A stretch of DNA of 64,000 bases from an uncultured Candidatus Rokubacteria bacterium (GTDB taxonomy: Bacteria; Methylomirabilota; Methylomirabilia; Rokubacteriales; CSP1-6): assembly GCA_963762145.1 (NCBI GenBank), contig CAVXJS010000013.1, positions 64,001 to 128,000 of the forward strand. The letters run 5' to 3'. Made by a program: the position numbers and the translations under genes. Each line of letters begins with the position of its first letter. Within the stretch, counting starts at the first letter, position 1. Below, piece by piece: positions 40,677 to 51,437 of this stretch. Below the pieces are notes generated by a model. It made no database searches. It saw only the letters and a program-made list of their open reading frames with translations, and had not been told where the DNA came from.

Positions 40677-42108
40677 TTGAGACGCACGAAGATCGTCTGC
40701 ACGATCGGCCCTGCGAGCAACCGCGCTGGACGATGCTCGATCGGCTGGTGGCCGCGGGCATGGACGTGGCCCGGCTGAACTTCTCGCACGGCACCCACGC
40801 CGAGCACGCCGAGGTGATCCGCGCGATCCGCGGGTGGGGAGGCGCGCTGGGGCCGGCCGATCACGATCCTCCAGGATCTGCAGGGGCCCAAGGTGCGCCT
40901 CGGTACGTTCGTGGGCGGGCAGGCCACGCTCACGCCGGGCGAGCACTTCGTGCTGACCACCCGCACCGTGAAGGGCACCGCCTCCCGCGAGCTCGCTGAA
41001 CCATCCCGAGTACCTCGCCGCGCTGCGGCCGGGCGACCAGGTGTGGATGGACGACGGCATGATCCAGCTCGTGGTGGAGAAGGTGGACGACGGCGAGGTG
41101 CGAGTGCCGGATCGTCGTCGGGCGGGCCGTGTCCGACCACAAGGGCGTGTCCTTCCCGCGGCTGCCGGTCCCGGTGTCGTGCCTGGCCGAGAAGGACGCG
41201 GACGGACCTGCTCTTCGGCATCGAGCAGGCGTGGACTACGTCGCGGTCTCGTTCGTGCGCTCCGCCGCCGACATCCAGGAGGTCCGGCAAGTTCCTGCAC
41301 GACCAGGGCGCCAACATCCCGATCGTGGCCAAGCTCGAGCGCGCGGAGATCGTCGCGAACCTGTCGGGGCATCCTGCCGCTCGTCGACGCGGTGATGGTG
41401 GCGCGGGGCGACCTCGGCGTCGAGGTGCCGCTCGAGGAAGTGCCGGTCATCCAGAAGGACGTCATCCGTCAGGCGCGGCTTGGCCAAGGTGCCGGTGATC
41501 GTGGCCACCCAGATGCTCGAGTCGATGGTCACGCACTCGCGGCCCACCCGCGCCGAGGTGAGCGACGTGGCCACCGCCATCTTCGACGGCGCGGACGCGA
41601 TCATGCTCTCCGCCGAGACCGCGACCGGGCGCTATCCCGGTGGAGACGGTCGAGATGATGGCGCGCATCGCGGAGCGGGCCGAGCGGGCGGTGCCCGCGT
41701 CGAGACGGCGCCCGCCAGCGGCCGGAGGCCTACGGCTTCCCCGAGGCGGTCGCGGAGGCGGCGTGCCAGGCGGCCCGAGCTCCTCCACGCCAAGGCCATC
41801 GTGGCTTTCACCCAGTCGGGCTTCACCGCGCGGCTCATCTCCCAGGACCGGCCGGAAGTGCCGATCATGGCGCTCACCCCGTTCTCCGAGGTGCAGCGGC
41901 GCCTGGGCCTCTACTGGGGCGTCTCGTCGCGCCTCGTCCGCAAGGTGGAGACCACCGACGAGATGGTCGAGGAAGTCGAGGCCACGCTGCTCGAGCGACG
42001 GCACGGTGCGGAACAACGACGTCATCGTGATCATCTCCGGCGCGCCGATGTGGGTGACCGGGACCACCAACCTGCTCAAGCTCCATCGCGTCGGCGACCG
42101 CGCGCTGA
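40677..42108 (+). CDS. pyk: Pyruvate kinase (multiple apparent frameshifts)
   Basis: GAAGGAG RBS + TTG; [62 protein letters not shown]. Confidence 0.93.
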
Positions 42109-42131
42109 GCGAGCTCGCACGGGAGAGGACC

Positions 42132-42921
42132 ATGGCGTACGAGACCCTGCGCTACGAGGTGAAGGACGGCATCGCCACCATCACCCTCAACCGCCCCGAC
42201 GCCTACAACGCCCTGAACCTGACGCTCGGCCGGGATCTCTTCCACGCCGCGCTGGAGGCGGACGAGGATCGGGCGGTGCGGTGCGTCGTGATCACCGGCG
42301 CCGGGAAGGCCTTCTGCGCGGGCGGCGACGTCAAGGACTTCGCGGACAATCCGGAGCGCATCGGCATCCTGGTCAAGGAGCTGACCACCTACCTGCACGG
42401 CGCGGTCTCGCGGCTGGCCCGGACCATGAAGCCGGTGATGATGGCGGTGAACGGCATCGCGGCGGGCGGCGGGCATGAGCCTCGCGCTGTCGGGGGACCT
42501 GGTGGTGGCGGCGGAGTCGGCGAAGTTCACGATGGCCTACTCGAAGATCGCCGCCTCGCCGGACGGCTCCTCGTCCTACTTCCTGCCGCGGCTGATCGGG
42601 CTGCGCCGCGCGCTCGAGCTGCACTACACCAACCGCGTGCTCTCGGCGCGCGAGGCGATGGACTGGGGGCTGGTCAATCGCGTCCATCCGGACGCCGAGT
42701 TCTCCGGCGCGGTCGCCGGGCTCGCCCGCGAGCTGGCCCAGGGGCCGACACAGGCCTTCGGGCGCGCCAAGCTGCTCTTCCACCAGTCCACCCAGGAGAG
42801 CCTGGAGACGCAGATGGAGCTGGAGGCGCAGGCGATCGCGGCCAGCGGCCACACCGAGGACTTCCGCAACGGCGTGGTCGCGTTCGCCCGCAAGCAGCCG
42901 GTGACGTTCACGGGCCGCTAG
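42132..42921 (+). CDS. Enoyl-CoA hydratase/isomerase (PaaG-like), frameshift near 42470
   Basis: [51 protein letters not shown]. Confidence 0.88.
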
Positions 42922-42926
42922 AACCC

Positions 42927-43412
42927 GTGGGCCGGCCCGATCCGGGCGAGCTGGGCCGCCGGCTGGACGACATCCTGGCGGCCGGCGAGCGCATGATCCG
43001 CGAGGTGTCGGCGGCGAATCTCGATCCGCCGCTCCGCGACCTTGCCTTCCGGCTCTTCCGGCTGGGCCTGGGCTTTGCGGATGGCATGGATCTCGGCCGC
43101 TTTCCGGACGAATGGCGGTACGAGCGCGCTCCCGACGATCTCCTCGACGGCGCGTCGGTGGCGCGCTACGGAGCCCTGGTGCGCGGACGGCTCGCGGGGT
43201 GGTTCGAGGGCGCGAGCCCGCTCGAGTTCGCGCGGGTGATCGCGGTGGAGGACGGGCCGCAGTCGGGGCACGAGCTGCTCGAGCGCGTGGCCGGGGCGGC
43301 CGCGGGCCAGCTGCGCGTCCTCCACGACGGCCTCGCGCGCCGCGGGCTCGCTCCCCGGGAGCCGCTGCCCGCCGCCCTCGACGGGCCCTGGCCGCCCGCG
43401 CGACCCTGGTAG
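42927..43412 (+). CDS. Hypothetical protein, possibly a degenerate DinB-like four-helix bundle
   Basis: GTG at 42927; LRDLAFRLFR and GPQSGHELLER resemble DinB helices; fills the gap before 43417. Confidence 0.45.
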   Translation: MGRPDPGELGRRLDDILAAGERMIREVSAANLDPPLRDLAFRLFRLGLGFADGMDLGRFPDEWRYERAPDDLLDGASVARYGALVRGRLAGWFEGASPLEFARVIAVEDGPQSGHELLERVAGAAAGQLRVLHDGLARRGLAPREPLPAALDGPWPPARPW

Positions 43413-43416
43413 CCGG

Positions 43417-46400
43417 TTGAGCGTGCCCTGTCCCCGCTGCCGGGCCGAGAATCTGCCCGGCCATCGCTTCTGCGTGGCGTGCGGCCAGGCGCTCCAGGCA
43501 TTGTGCGCGCGCTGCGGCTTCGTGCACGAGCCGGGCGCGCGCTTCTGCGGCGGCTGCGGCCAGCCGATCCTGGCGCCCGGGCCCGTCCGCTTCGCCTCGC
43601 CCGAGACGTACACGCCGCCGCACCTGGCCGAGAAGATCCGCACCTCGCGCGGCACCCTCGAGGGGGAGCGCAAGCAGGTCACGGTGCTCTTCGCCGACAT
43701 GAAGGGCTCGCTCGAGCTCCTGGCCGACCGGGATCCCGAGGACGCGCGCCGCATGCTCGATCCGGTGCTGGCCGTCATGATGGAGGCGGTGCATCGCTAC
43801 GAGGGCACCGTGAACCAGGTGCTCGGGGACGGGGTCATGGCCATCTTCGGCGCGCCGGTGGCCCACGAGAACCACGCGGTGCGTGCCGCCTACGCCGCGC
43901 TGCGGATGCACGAGGAGGTGCACCGCCTCGCCCGCGACCTGCGGCGCGCGGAAGGCGTGGACGTGCAGATCCGCGTCGGCGTCAACTCCGGCGAGGTCGT
44001 GGTGCGCGCCATCGGCAGCGATCTGCACATGGACTACAGCGCGGTCGGCCAGACCACGTACCTGGCGGCCCAGATGGAGCGCCTCGCGCGGCCCGGCTCG
44101 ACGCTGCTCGCGCCCGAGACGCGGCGGCTCACCGAGGGGTTCCTGGCCGTGACCGCCCTCGGGCCGGTGCCGATCAAGGGCGTTCCCGGCCCGGTCGAGG
44201 TGTACGAGCTGACCGGCGCCGGCCCCGCGCGCTACCGGCTGCAGGCGGCGGCGGTGCGGGGCCTCACGCGCTTCGTGGGCCGCGAGGCCGAGGTCGAGCG
44301 GCTGCGTGAAGCGTTCGGCCGGAGCCGCGCGGGCGAGGGGCGGCTGGTGGCGCTGGTCGGCGAGCCGGGCGTCGGCAAGTCACGGGTCATCCGCGAGTTC
44401 GTGGAGGGCCCGTGGATGGAAGGGGCGATCCTGCTCGAAGGGCGGCCGGTGGCGTACCGGAAGACGCCGTCCTGGATGCCGGTGATGGACGCCCTGCGGC
44501 GCTACTGCGAGATCGACCGGCTCGACGAGGAGCGCATCATCCGGGAGAAGATCACCGGCAAGGTCCTGGCGCTCGGTCAGGCCCTCGCGCCCGCGATCCC
44601 GGCCCTGCTCGCGCTCGCCGATCTCGAGCCAGAGGACCCGGCGTGGCGAACGCTCGATCCGCCGCAGCGCCGGCGCCGCATCCAGGACGCGGTGCGGAAC
44701 GTGCTGCTCGCCGAGAGCCGGCGCCAGCCGGTGGTCTTCGTGGTGGAGGATCTCCAGCGCATCGACGAGGAGACCCAGGCGCTGCTCGACAACCTGGTGG
44801 ACCGCCTGCAGGGCACCCGCCTGCTCATCCTGGTCGCCTACCGGCCCGAGTACCAGCACCAGTGGGGCAGCAAGCCCGGCTACGCGCAGATCCGGATCGA
44901 CCCGTTCTCGCCGGAGACGGCGCGCGCGCTGCTCGAGAGCCTGCTCGGCTCCGATCCGGGTCTCGCGGCGCTCAAGGCGGTGCTGATCGAGCGCACCGAC
45001 GGCAACCCCCTCTTCCTCGAGGAGAGCGTGCGGGCGCTCGTCGAGACCCAGGCCCTGATCGGCGAGCCGGGGGCCCGTCGCCTCGCCAAACCTCTCGAGA
45101 CCGTGCAGGTGCCGCGCAGCGTACAGGCGGTGCTGGCCGCCCGCATCGACCGGCTCACGCCGGCGGCCAAGCACGTGCTGCAATCGGCCTCGGTGATCGG
45201 GAAGGACGTGCCGTTCCCGGTGCTGGCCGAGATCGCCGATCTGCCCGTCGAGGGGCTGCGCGCCGGGCTGGCCCTGCTGCAATCGGGTGAGCTGCTCTAC
45301 GAGGCGAGCTTCTTCCCCGAGATCGAGTACACGTTCAAGCACGCGCTGACCCACGAGGTGGCCTACGGCAGTCTGCTCCACGAGACCCGACGCGCGCTGC
45401 ACGCGCGCATCGTGGACGCCATCGAGCGGCTCTACGCCGGACGCCAGGGCGAGCACGTGGAGCGGCTGGCCCACCACGCCCTGCGCGGCGGCCTGCGCGA
45501 GCGGGCGGTGGACTACCTCCGCCAGGCGGGGGCGAAGGCGGCCGCGCGCTCGGCGCACCGCGAGGCGGTGGCCTTCTTCGAGCAGGCCCTCGAGATCCTC
45601 GAGTCCGACGGGCCGCAGGGCCCGGCCCTCGCCACCGCGGTGGACGTGGCGTTCGCCCTCCGCGCCTCCCTGGCGCCGCTCGGCGAGTTCACGCGGACCC
45701 TCGACCACCTGCGCCGGGCCGCGGCCCACGCCGAGGCGCTGGGCGACCGCCGGCGCCTCGGGTGGGTCTCGGCCTACCTCACCCAGTCGCACTACACGCT
45801 CGGCGATCAGGCCGCCGCGATCCGCGCCGCCGAGCAGGCCGCGGAGGTGGGACGCTCGCTGCCGGACCGCTCGCTGCTGATCATCGCGGACTTCGGCCTC
45901 GGCCAGGCGCACCACGTGCTCGGCGCCTACCGCAAGGCGCAGCACCACCTCGCGCGAGTCGTGGACGCGGTGGAGGGCGACCTCGCGCGGGAGCGCTGGG
46001 GCATGGCCGGCTTCGTGTCGGTGGCCGCGCGCATCTGGCTGGCGGCCTCGCTGGCCGACACCGGCGATTTCGAGGAGGCGCTGGCCCGCGCGCGCGAGGG
46101 CGTCACGCTCGGGGAGGGGCCCGAGCATCCCTGGAGCCTCTCCGGCGCGTACATGACGGTCGGCTTCGTGCACCTGAGCCGGGGTGAGCCCGAGGAGGCC
46201 GCGCCCGTGCTCGACCGCGGCATCGCCTTCTCGCGGGAGATGGACATCACGGCCTGGCTGCCGATGCTGCTGTGCGCGCGGGGGCTGGCCCACGTACGGA
46301 GCGGGAGCGTGCTGGAGGGCGTCCTGATGCTCGAGGAGGGCGTGGGGCGCGCCAGCGCGCTCCGCATCCTGAGCCGGCAGGCCCTGCGCCTGGCCTGGCT

Positions 46401-46770
46401 CGCCGAGGGCTACCTCCTGGCCGGGCGCGTGGACGAAGCCGCCGACGTGGCCGATCAGGCGCGGCGGCTGGCGGACGAGCACGCCGAGCAGGGGTACACC
46501 GCGATGGCCCTCCGCATGGTGGGCGAGACCGCGGCGCGGGCCGGGCAGAGCGAGCGCGCGGCGGAGCACTACACCGGCGCGCTCGCGCGGGCCCGTGCGC
46601 TCGAGATGCGTCCCCTCGAGGCGCTCTGCCATCTCGGGCTGGGCGAGCTGGCGCGCCGGAGGGGCGACGGCGCCGCCGCGAAGGCGCCGCTCACCGCGGC
46701 GGCGAGCCTGCTCCGCGAGATGGGGATGCGCTACTGGCTGGCCCAGGCCGAGGCCGCGCTGCGGGACTAG
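43417..46770 (+). CDS. Double zinc ribbon + class III nucleotide cyclase-like + STAND/AAA ATPase + TPR-like protein
   Basis: CPRC..FCVACG..CARCG..FCGGCG; ERKQVTVLFAD, LGDGVMAIFGAP; GEPGVGKS, VVEDLQ, GNPLFLEE; helical C-terminal repeats. Confidence 0.9.
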   Translation: MSVPCPRCRAENLPGHRFCVACGQALQALCARCGFVHEPGARFCGGCGQPILAPGPVRFASPETYTPPHLAEKIRTSRGTLEGERKQVTVLFADMKGSLELLADRDPEDARRMLDPVLAVMMEAVHRYEGTVNQVLGDGVMAIFGAPVAHENHAVRAAYAALRMHEEVHRLARDLRRAEGVDVQIRVGVNSGEVVVRAIGSDLHMDYSAVGQTTYLAAQMERLARPGSTLLAPETRRLTEGFLAVTALGPVPIKGVPGPVEVYELTGAGPARYRLQAAAVRGLTRFVGREAEVERLREAFGRSRAGEGRLVALVGEPGVGKSRVIREFVEGPWMEGAILLEGRPVAYRKTPSWMPVMDALRRYCEIDRLDEERIIREKITGKVLALGQALAPAIPALLALADLEPEDPAWRTLDPPQRRRRIQDAVRNVLLAESRRQPVVFVVEDLQRIDEETQALLDNLVDRLQGTRLLILVAYRPEYQHQWGSKPGYAQIRIDPFSPETARALLESLLGSDPGLAALKAVLIERTDGNPLFLEESVRALVETQALIGEPGARRLAKPLETVQVPRSVQAVLAARIDRLTPAAKHVLQSASVIGKDVPFPVLAEIADLPVEGLRAGLALLQSGELLYEASFFPEIEYTFKHALTHEVAYGSLLHETRRALHARIVDAIERLYAGRQGEHVERLAHHALRGGLRERAVDYLRQAGAKAAARSAHREAVAFFEQALEILESDGPQGPALATAVDVAFALRASLAPLGEFTRTLDHLRRAAAHAEALGDRRRLGWVSAYLTQSHYTLGDQAAAIRAAEQAAEVGRSLPDRSLLIIADFGLGQAHHVLGAYRKAQHHLARVVDAVEGDLARERWGMAGFVSVAARIWLAASLADTGDFEEALARAREGVTLGEGPEHPWSLSGAYMTVGFVHLSRGEPEEAAPVLDRGIAFSREMDITAWLPMLLCARGLAHVRSGSVLEGVLMLEEGVGRASALRILSRQALRLAWLAEGYLLAGRVDEAADVADQARRLADEHAEQGYTAMALRMVGETAARAGQSERAAEHYTGALARARALEMRPLEALCHLGLGELARRRGDGAAAKAPLTAAASLLREMGMRYWLAQAEAALRD

Positions 46771-47435
46771 GGCGGGCCCTCGCTCACCACTCTGAAGCCG
46801 TAGTCCGAGTAGCGCAGCGCCGGCGGCAGCGAGGAGCGGTGGGCCACCGGGCTCCACGCGTCCTGATGGCGCCAGGCGCCGCCGCGAGACACGCGGCGCG
46901 TGCCCGTCTCCGGGCCCCGCGGGTTCCGCGAGGGCGACCGCGCGTAGTACGCCTCGTCCTCCCAGTCCAGGCACCACTCGTGGCAGACGCCCGAGAGCCC
47001 GACCAGGCCGAGCGGGTTGGCGGGCGTCTCGGCCGGACGGGGCGGGCGGTCGAAGGGCGCGGTCGGCGGCCGGTCCTCGCCCCAGGGGAAGCGCGCGTCC
47101 TCCAGGCCCGCCCGCGCGGCCTTCTCCCACTCGGCCTCGGTTGGGAGCCGGCAGGGCACGCCATCGCGGTCGGTCAGCCAGCGGCAGAAGCGCGTCGCGT
47201 CGAACCAGCTCACCCCGACGACGGGCTGCTCGGGGTCGTTGAATCGCGGATCGTGCCACCAGGCGGGCGGCTCGATCTCGCCGTCCGCGAGAAACGCGCC
47301 GTACTCGCGATTGGTCACCGGCGCGCGGGCGATGGCGAAGCGATCGAGCCAGACGCGATGGCGGGGGCGCTCGCCCGGATGGCCGTGCTCCCAGCCCATC
47401 CAGAACCAGCCGGCGGGGATCTCCACCGGATCCAT
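46767..47435 (-). CDS. SUMF1/FGE-sulfatase domain protein
   Basis: IPAGWFWMG, PVTNREY, PVVGVSWFDA, RLPTEAEWEKAAR, RGGAW, YGFR; lacks the catalytic FGE cysteine pair. Confidence 0.88.
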   Translation of the reverse strand: MDPVEIPAGWFWMGWEHGHPGERPRHRVWLDRFAIARAPVTNREYGAFLADGEIEPPAWWHDPRFNDPEQPVVGVSWFDATRFCRWLTDRDGVPCRLPTEAEWEKAARAGLEDARFPWGEDRPPTAPFDRPPRPAETPANPLGLVGLSGVCHEWCLDWEDEAYYARSPSRNPRGPETGTRRVSRGGAWRHQDAWSPVAHRSSLPPALRYSDYGFRVVSEGPP

Positions 47436-47460
47436 GGCGTCGAGTATAATCAGCGCCACC
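47436..47460. promoter_or_regulatory. Bidirectional promoter with overlapping -10 hexamers
   Basis: TATAAT (+, 47445-47450) and TATACT (-, 47448-47443) in a 25-bp gap between divergent ATGs. Confidence 0.65.
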
Positions 47461-48634
47461 ATGAACTTCGCGGATCGGATGTCGCGGCTCGGCACGGAAT
47501 CGGCGTTCGAGGTCCTGGCGCGCGCGAAGGCCCTCGAGCGGCAGGGCAAGGAGATCATCCACCTCGAGATCGGGGAGCCGGACTTCGACACGCCGGCCCA
47601 CATCCGCGAGGCGGCCAAGCGCGCGCTCGACGGCGGCGCGACGCACTACGGGCCGGCCGCGGGCCTGCCCGAGCTGCGGGAGGCCATCGTCAAGGACGTG
47701 GAGGGCACGCGCAGCATCCCGGTCTCCACCGACGAGGTCGTGGTGACGCCGGGCGCCAAGCCCATCATGTACTTCGTGATCACCGCCCTGGTGAACCCGG
47801 GCGACGAGGTGGTTTATCCGAATCCGGGCTTCCCGATCTACGAGTCGGTCATCAACTTCGTCGGCGGCAAGCCGGTGCCGATCCCGCTGCGCGAGGAGAG
47901 CGGCTTCGGCTTCGACCTCGACGTGCTGGAGAAGAGCGTCTCGCGCAAGACCAAGCTGATCATCATCAACTCGCCCCAGAACCCGACGGGTGGCGTGCTC
48001 GAGGTGGAGCAGCTCGGGCGCATCGCCGAGATCGCCAAGACCTACCGCATCCCGGTGCTCTCCGACGAGATCTACAAGTCCTTCCTCTACGAGGGCGAGT
48101 TCGCCTCGATCACGCGCTTCCCGGGGATGAAGGACCTGGTCATCATCCTCGACGGCTTCTCGAAGTCGTACGCGATGACCGGCTGGCGCCTGGGCTACGG
48201 CGTGATGCCGATGGCGCTGGCCGAGCACGTGACGCGCCTGATGGTGAACTCCAACTCGTGCACCGCCTCGTTCACCCAGATGGCGGGCATCGCCGCGCTG
48301 CAGGGCGACCAGACCCCGGTGATCGAGATGGTGGCCGAGTTCAAGCGGCGGCGCGACGTGCTGGTGGCCGGGCTGAACCGGCTGCCCGGGGTGTCCTGCC
48401 GCTCGCCGCGCGGCGCCTTCTACGTGTTCCCGAACATCAAGGCGCTCAAGCGGCCCTCGACCGAGGTGGCGGAGATGCTGCTGCAGGAGGCGGGCGTGGC
48501 GGTGCTGGGCGGCTCCGCCTTCGGCGAGTACGGGGAAGGGCTACCTGCGGCTCTCCTACGCGAACTCCGAGGCCAACCTGCGCAAGGCGCTCGAGCGGAT
48601 GCGGCCGGTGCTGGCGCGGCTCGCCGGCGCGTAG
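47461..48634 (+). CDS. PLP-dependent class I/II aminotransferase (AspAT-like), frameshift near 48540
   Basis: IGEPDFDTP, NSPQNPTG, SDEIY, GFSKSYAMTGWRLG, GAFYVFP; YLRLSYA after the shift. Confidence 0.92.
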
Positions 48635-48648
48635 CCGCATTCGCTCGC

Positions 48649-50293
48649 GTGCCCACCGTCGCCGAGCTGATCGTCGAGGGGCTGCTCCGGGCCGAGGTCC
48701 CGCGCCTCTTCGGCGTGCCGGGCGGTGGATCCAATCTGGAAGTCCTCGAGGCCGCGCGCGCCCGCGGCCTGCCCTTCGTCCTGTGCCACCAGGAGTGGGC
48801 CGCCACCATCATGGCCGCGGTGACCGGCGAGCTCACCGGCCGGCCGGGCGCCGTCCTCTCCACGCTCGGTCCCGGCGTCACCGCGAGCGCCACCGGCCTG
48901 GCCCACGCCCAGCTCGACCGCTCGCCGCTGCTCTACATTAGCGATCGCCACCCGGCGGGCGTGCTCGCTTACGCCACGCATCAGTATCTCGATCACGCCG
49001 CGCACCTGGGGCCCATCGTGAAGGGCAGCGTGACGGTGACGCCGGACTCGGCGGGCCACTGGGTGGCCCACGCGGTACAGCTCGCGCTCGCGGAGCCGCG
49101 CGGGCCCGTGCACCTGGACCTGCCCGCGGACGTGGCCGGCGCGGCGGCGGTGCCGGTGGCCACCGCGATGACGCCGCCGCCGCCGCTCGCCGCCCGACGA
49201 TGCCCTCGTCGAGCGCGCCGCCGAGATGATCCGGGTCGCGAAGCGGCCGCTCGTCATCGCGGGGCTGGGCTGCCGCGCCCCCGACGCCAAGTGGCTGCGC
49301 GCGTTCTGCGAGGCGCTGCCCGCGCCGGTGCTGACGACCTACAAGGCCAAGGGCGCGATCCCCGACCCGCATCCGCTGGCGATGGGGATCTTCACGGGCG
49401 GCGCGCTGGAGGAGCCGCTGGTGCGGCGGGCGGACCTCATCATCACCTTCGGGCTCGACACGGTGGAGCTGATCCCGCGCCGCTGGTCCTACACCGCGCC
49501 GGTGCTGAGCCTGGCGCGCGGGCCCTCGAGCGAGCCGCGGCGGAGCGCGCCGGGCGGCGGCGCCTACTTCACGCCCGCGCTCGAGGTGGTCGGCGACCTG
49601 GGCACGATCCTCGAGGACCTGGCCCCGCGCATCATGCGCCGGGACGTCAAGGCGGACTGGGACGTGGCCGAGGTGGACCGCATCCGCCGCGAGCGCGCGA
49701 GCGCCCTGGAGATCCCGGTGCCCGGGCTGGCCCCGCACCGGGTGGCCCAGATCGCGCGCGAGCTGACCGCGGCGGGCAGCATCGCCACGGTGGACGCGGG
49801 CGCGCACATGTTCCCGACCACGACCTACTGGCACTCGCTCGAGCCCGGAGAGCTCCTGATCTCGAACGGCCTCGCCACCATGGGCTTCGCGCTGCCCGCG
49901 GCCATCGCGGCGCAGCTCGTCCATCCCGACCGTCGTGTCGTCTGCTTCACGGGCGACGGCGGCCTGATGATGGTGGCCTCCGAGCTCGAGACGGTGGCGC
50001 GCCTGGGCCTGCCGATCGTGATCGTGGTCTTCAACGACGCAGCCCTCTCGCTGATCGAGGTGAAACAGGAGCAGAAGGGCTTCGAGGGCGTCCCGATGCG
50101 CTACGCCGGGCCCGACCTCGTGACGCTCGGGCGCGCCTTCGGCATTCGCGCGCTGGCCGCCACGAGCGAGGCGACGCTGCACGGGGCCCTGATCGCCGCG
50201 CAGACCGCGCCCGGCCCCACGCTGATCGACGCGCGCATCGATCCTTCCGGGTATCGCAGGATGCTGGAAATCGTCCGCGGCGCCCCGAAGTAA
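48649..50293 (+). CDS. Thiamine-diphosphate-binding enzyme (acetolactate synthase-like), frameshift near 49180
   Basis: FGVPGGG, HQE, TLGPG, GPVHLDLP, NGLATMGFALP, GDGG...VFND. Confidence 0.88.
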
Positions 50294-50383
50294 CCCAGCC
50301 CTGTCGCGCAATAGGCACACGTCGCGCCTCCCAGACCCCGCCGACGCTGGTAGACTCGCGGCCAGACTCCGAGGAGGGACCCG

Positions 50384-51388
50384 ATGGCCTCTATCCGATC
50401 GCCCGAGATGCCGCGACGCGTTTTCATGGGGCTCATCGCTGGCAGCCTCCTCGCCGCGCCGCTCGCCGCCGAGGCGCAGCCGGCGGGGAAGGTGTACCGA
50501 GTCTGCTTCCTCGCCCTCACTCCCGGGGAGGACACCACGTCGATGCAGCTGCTGCTGGAGCGGCTCCACGAGCTGGGCTACGGCGAGGGCAAGAACATGG
50601 CTTTCGAGTACCGATCTGCTGAAGGACATCCGGAACGCCTGTCACAGATGGCGAGAGAGCTGGTTCGAGGCAGGCCGGACGTGTTGATAGCTGGATTCGG
50701 GACACTCACGGCACAGGCGGCGAAGGCCGCCACCATGACCATCCCGATTGTGTTCACGACCGTCGGCGATCCGGTAGGTGCCGGGCTGGTCTCCAGCCTC
50801 GGCCGGCCCGGGGGAAACGTCACGGGTTTGAGCGGCGTGACAGAGATTTTGGGCAAGCACCTACAGCTCTTGAAGGAGCTCAGTCCAGGAAACCAAGTGA
50901 TCGCGGTGCTGATGAACCCGGAGACGCCCTTCACGCGGCTGGCGCTCAAGGAGATCAAGACAGCCGCGGAAGCCGACCGTACCCGTCTTGAGGTCCTCGA
51001 AGCGAGAACCGCCGATCAGGTGCCACGCGTTTTGCAGGCGGCGGGCCCGGCCGGCGTAGGTGGCCTGCTCGTACTCGGGGATCCGTTGACGTACAGCCTC
51101 CGCCGGGAGATAGCCGACCTCTCGGCGAAGCTCCGGCTTCCTGCAGTGTATCCGTCCAGGGAATGGGCTGAGGCGGGCGGGTTGTTGTCTTACGGTGCGG
51201 ATCGACGTCAGGTGTACCGTCGAGCGGCCGAGTACGTGGACAAGATCCTCAAGGGTGCTAGGCCCGGTGACCTGCCCGTCGAACAGCCGACCAAGTTCGA
51301 GCTGGTCCTCAACCTCAAGACCGCCAACGCGCTCGGCCTGAAGATCCCGCCGTCGCTCCTGCAGCGGGCGGACCAGGTGATCGAGTAG
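50384..51388 (+). CDS. Stand-alone ABC substrate-binding protein (ABC_sub_bind family)
   Basis: RRVFMG signal; DPVGAGLVSSLGRPGGNVTG, GGLLSYG, YVDKILKGARPGDLPVEQPTKFEL. Confidence 0.9.
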   Translation: MASIRSPEMPRRVFMGLIAGSLLAAPLAAEAQPAGKVYRVCFLALTPGEDTTSMQLLLERLHELGYGEGKNMAFEYRSAEGHPERLSQMARELVRGRPDVLIAGFGTLTAQAAKAATMTIPIVFTTVGDPVGAGLVSSLGRPGGNVTGLSGVTEILGKHLQLLKELSPGNQVIAVLMNPETPFTRLALKEIKTAAEADRTRLEVLEARTADQVPRVLQAAGPAGVGGLLVLGDPLTYSLRREIADLSAKLRLPAVYPSREWAEAGGLLSYGADRRQVYRRAAEYVDKILKGARPGDLPVEQPTKFELVLNLKTANALGLKIPPSLLQRADQVIE

Positions 51389-51437
51389 CGACGGACGAAA
51401 CCCCGCCTCGGGGACCGGATCCGGTATACTCCGAGCC

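Noticed and set aside
37803-42108. uvrA and pyk as true pseudogenes or programmed frameshifts
   Set aside because: Too many scattered indels with intact motifs and no slippery-site pattern; assembly error is more likely.
44380-48228. Very long antisense ORFs (1282 aa here, many others)
   Set aside because: Shadow frames of high-GC coding sequence with no motifs.
47017-50622. 1201-aa aminotransferase-ThDP fusion; likewise 41640-43412 and 57088-60249
   Set aside because: Chimeric ORFs created by indels joining neighbouring genes.
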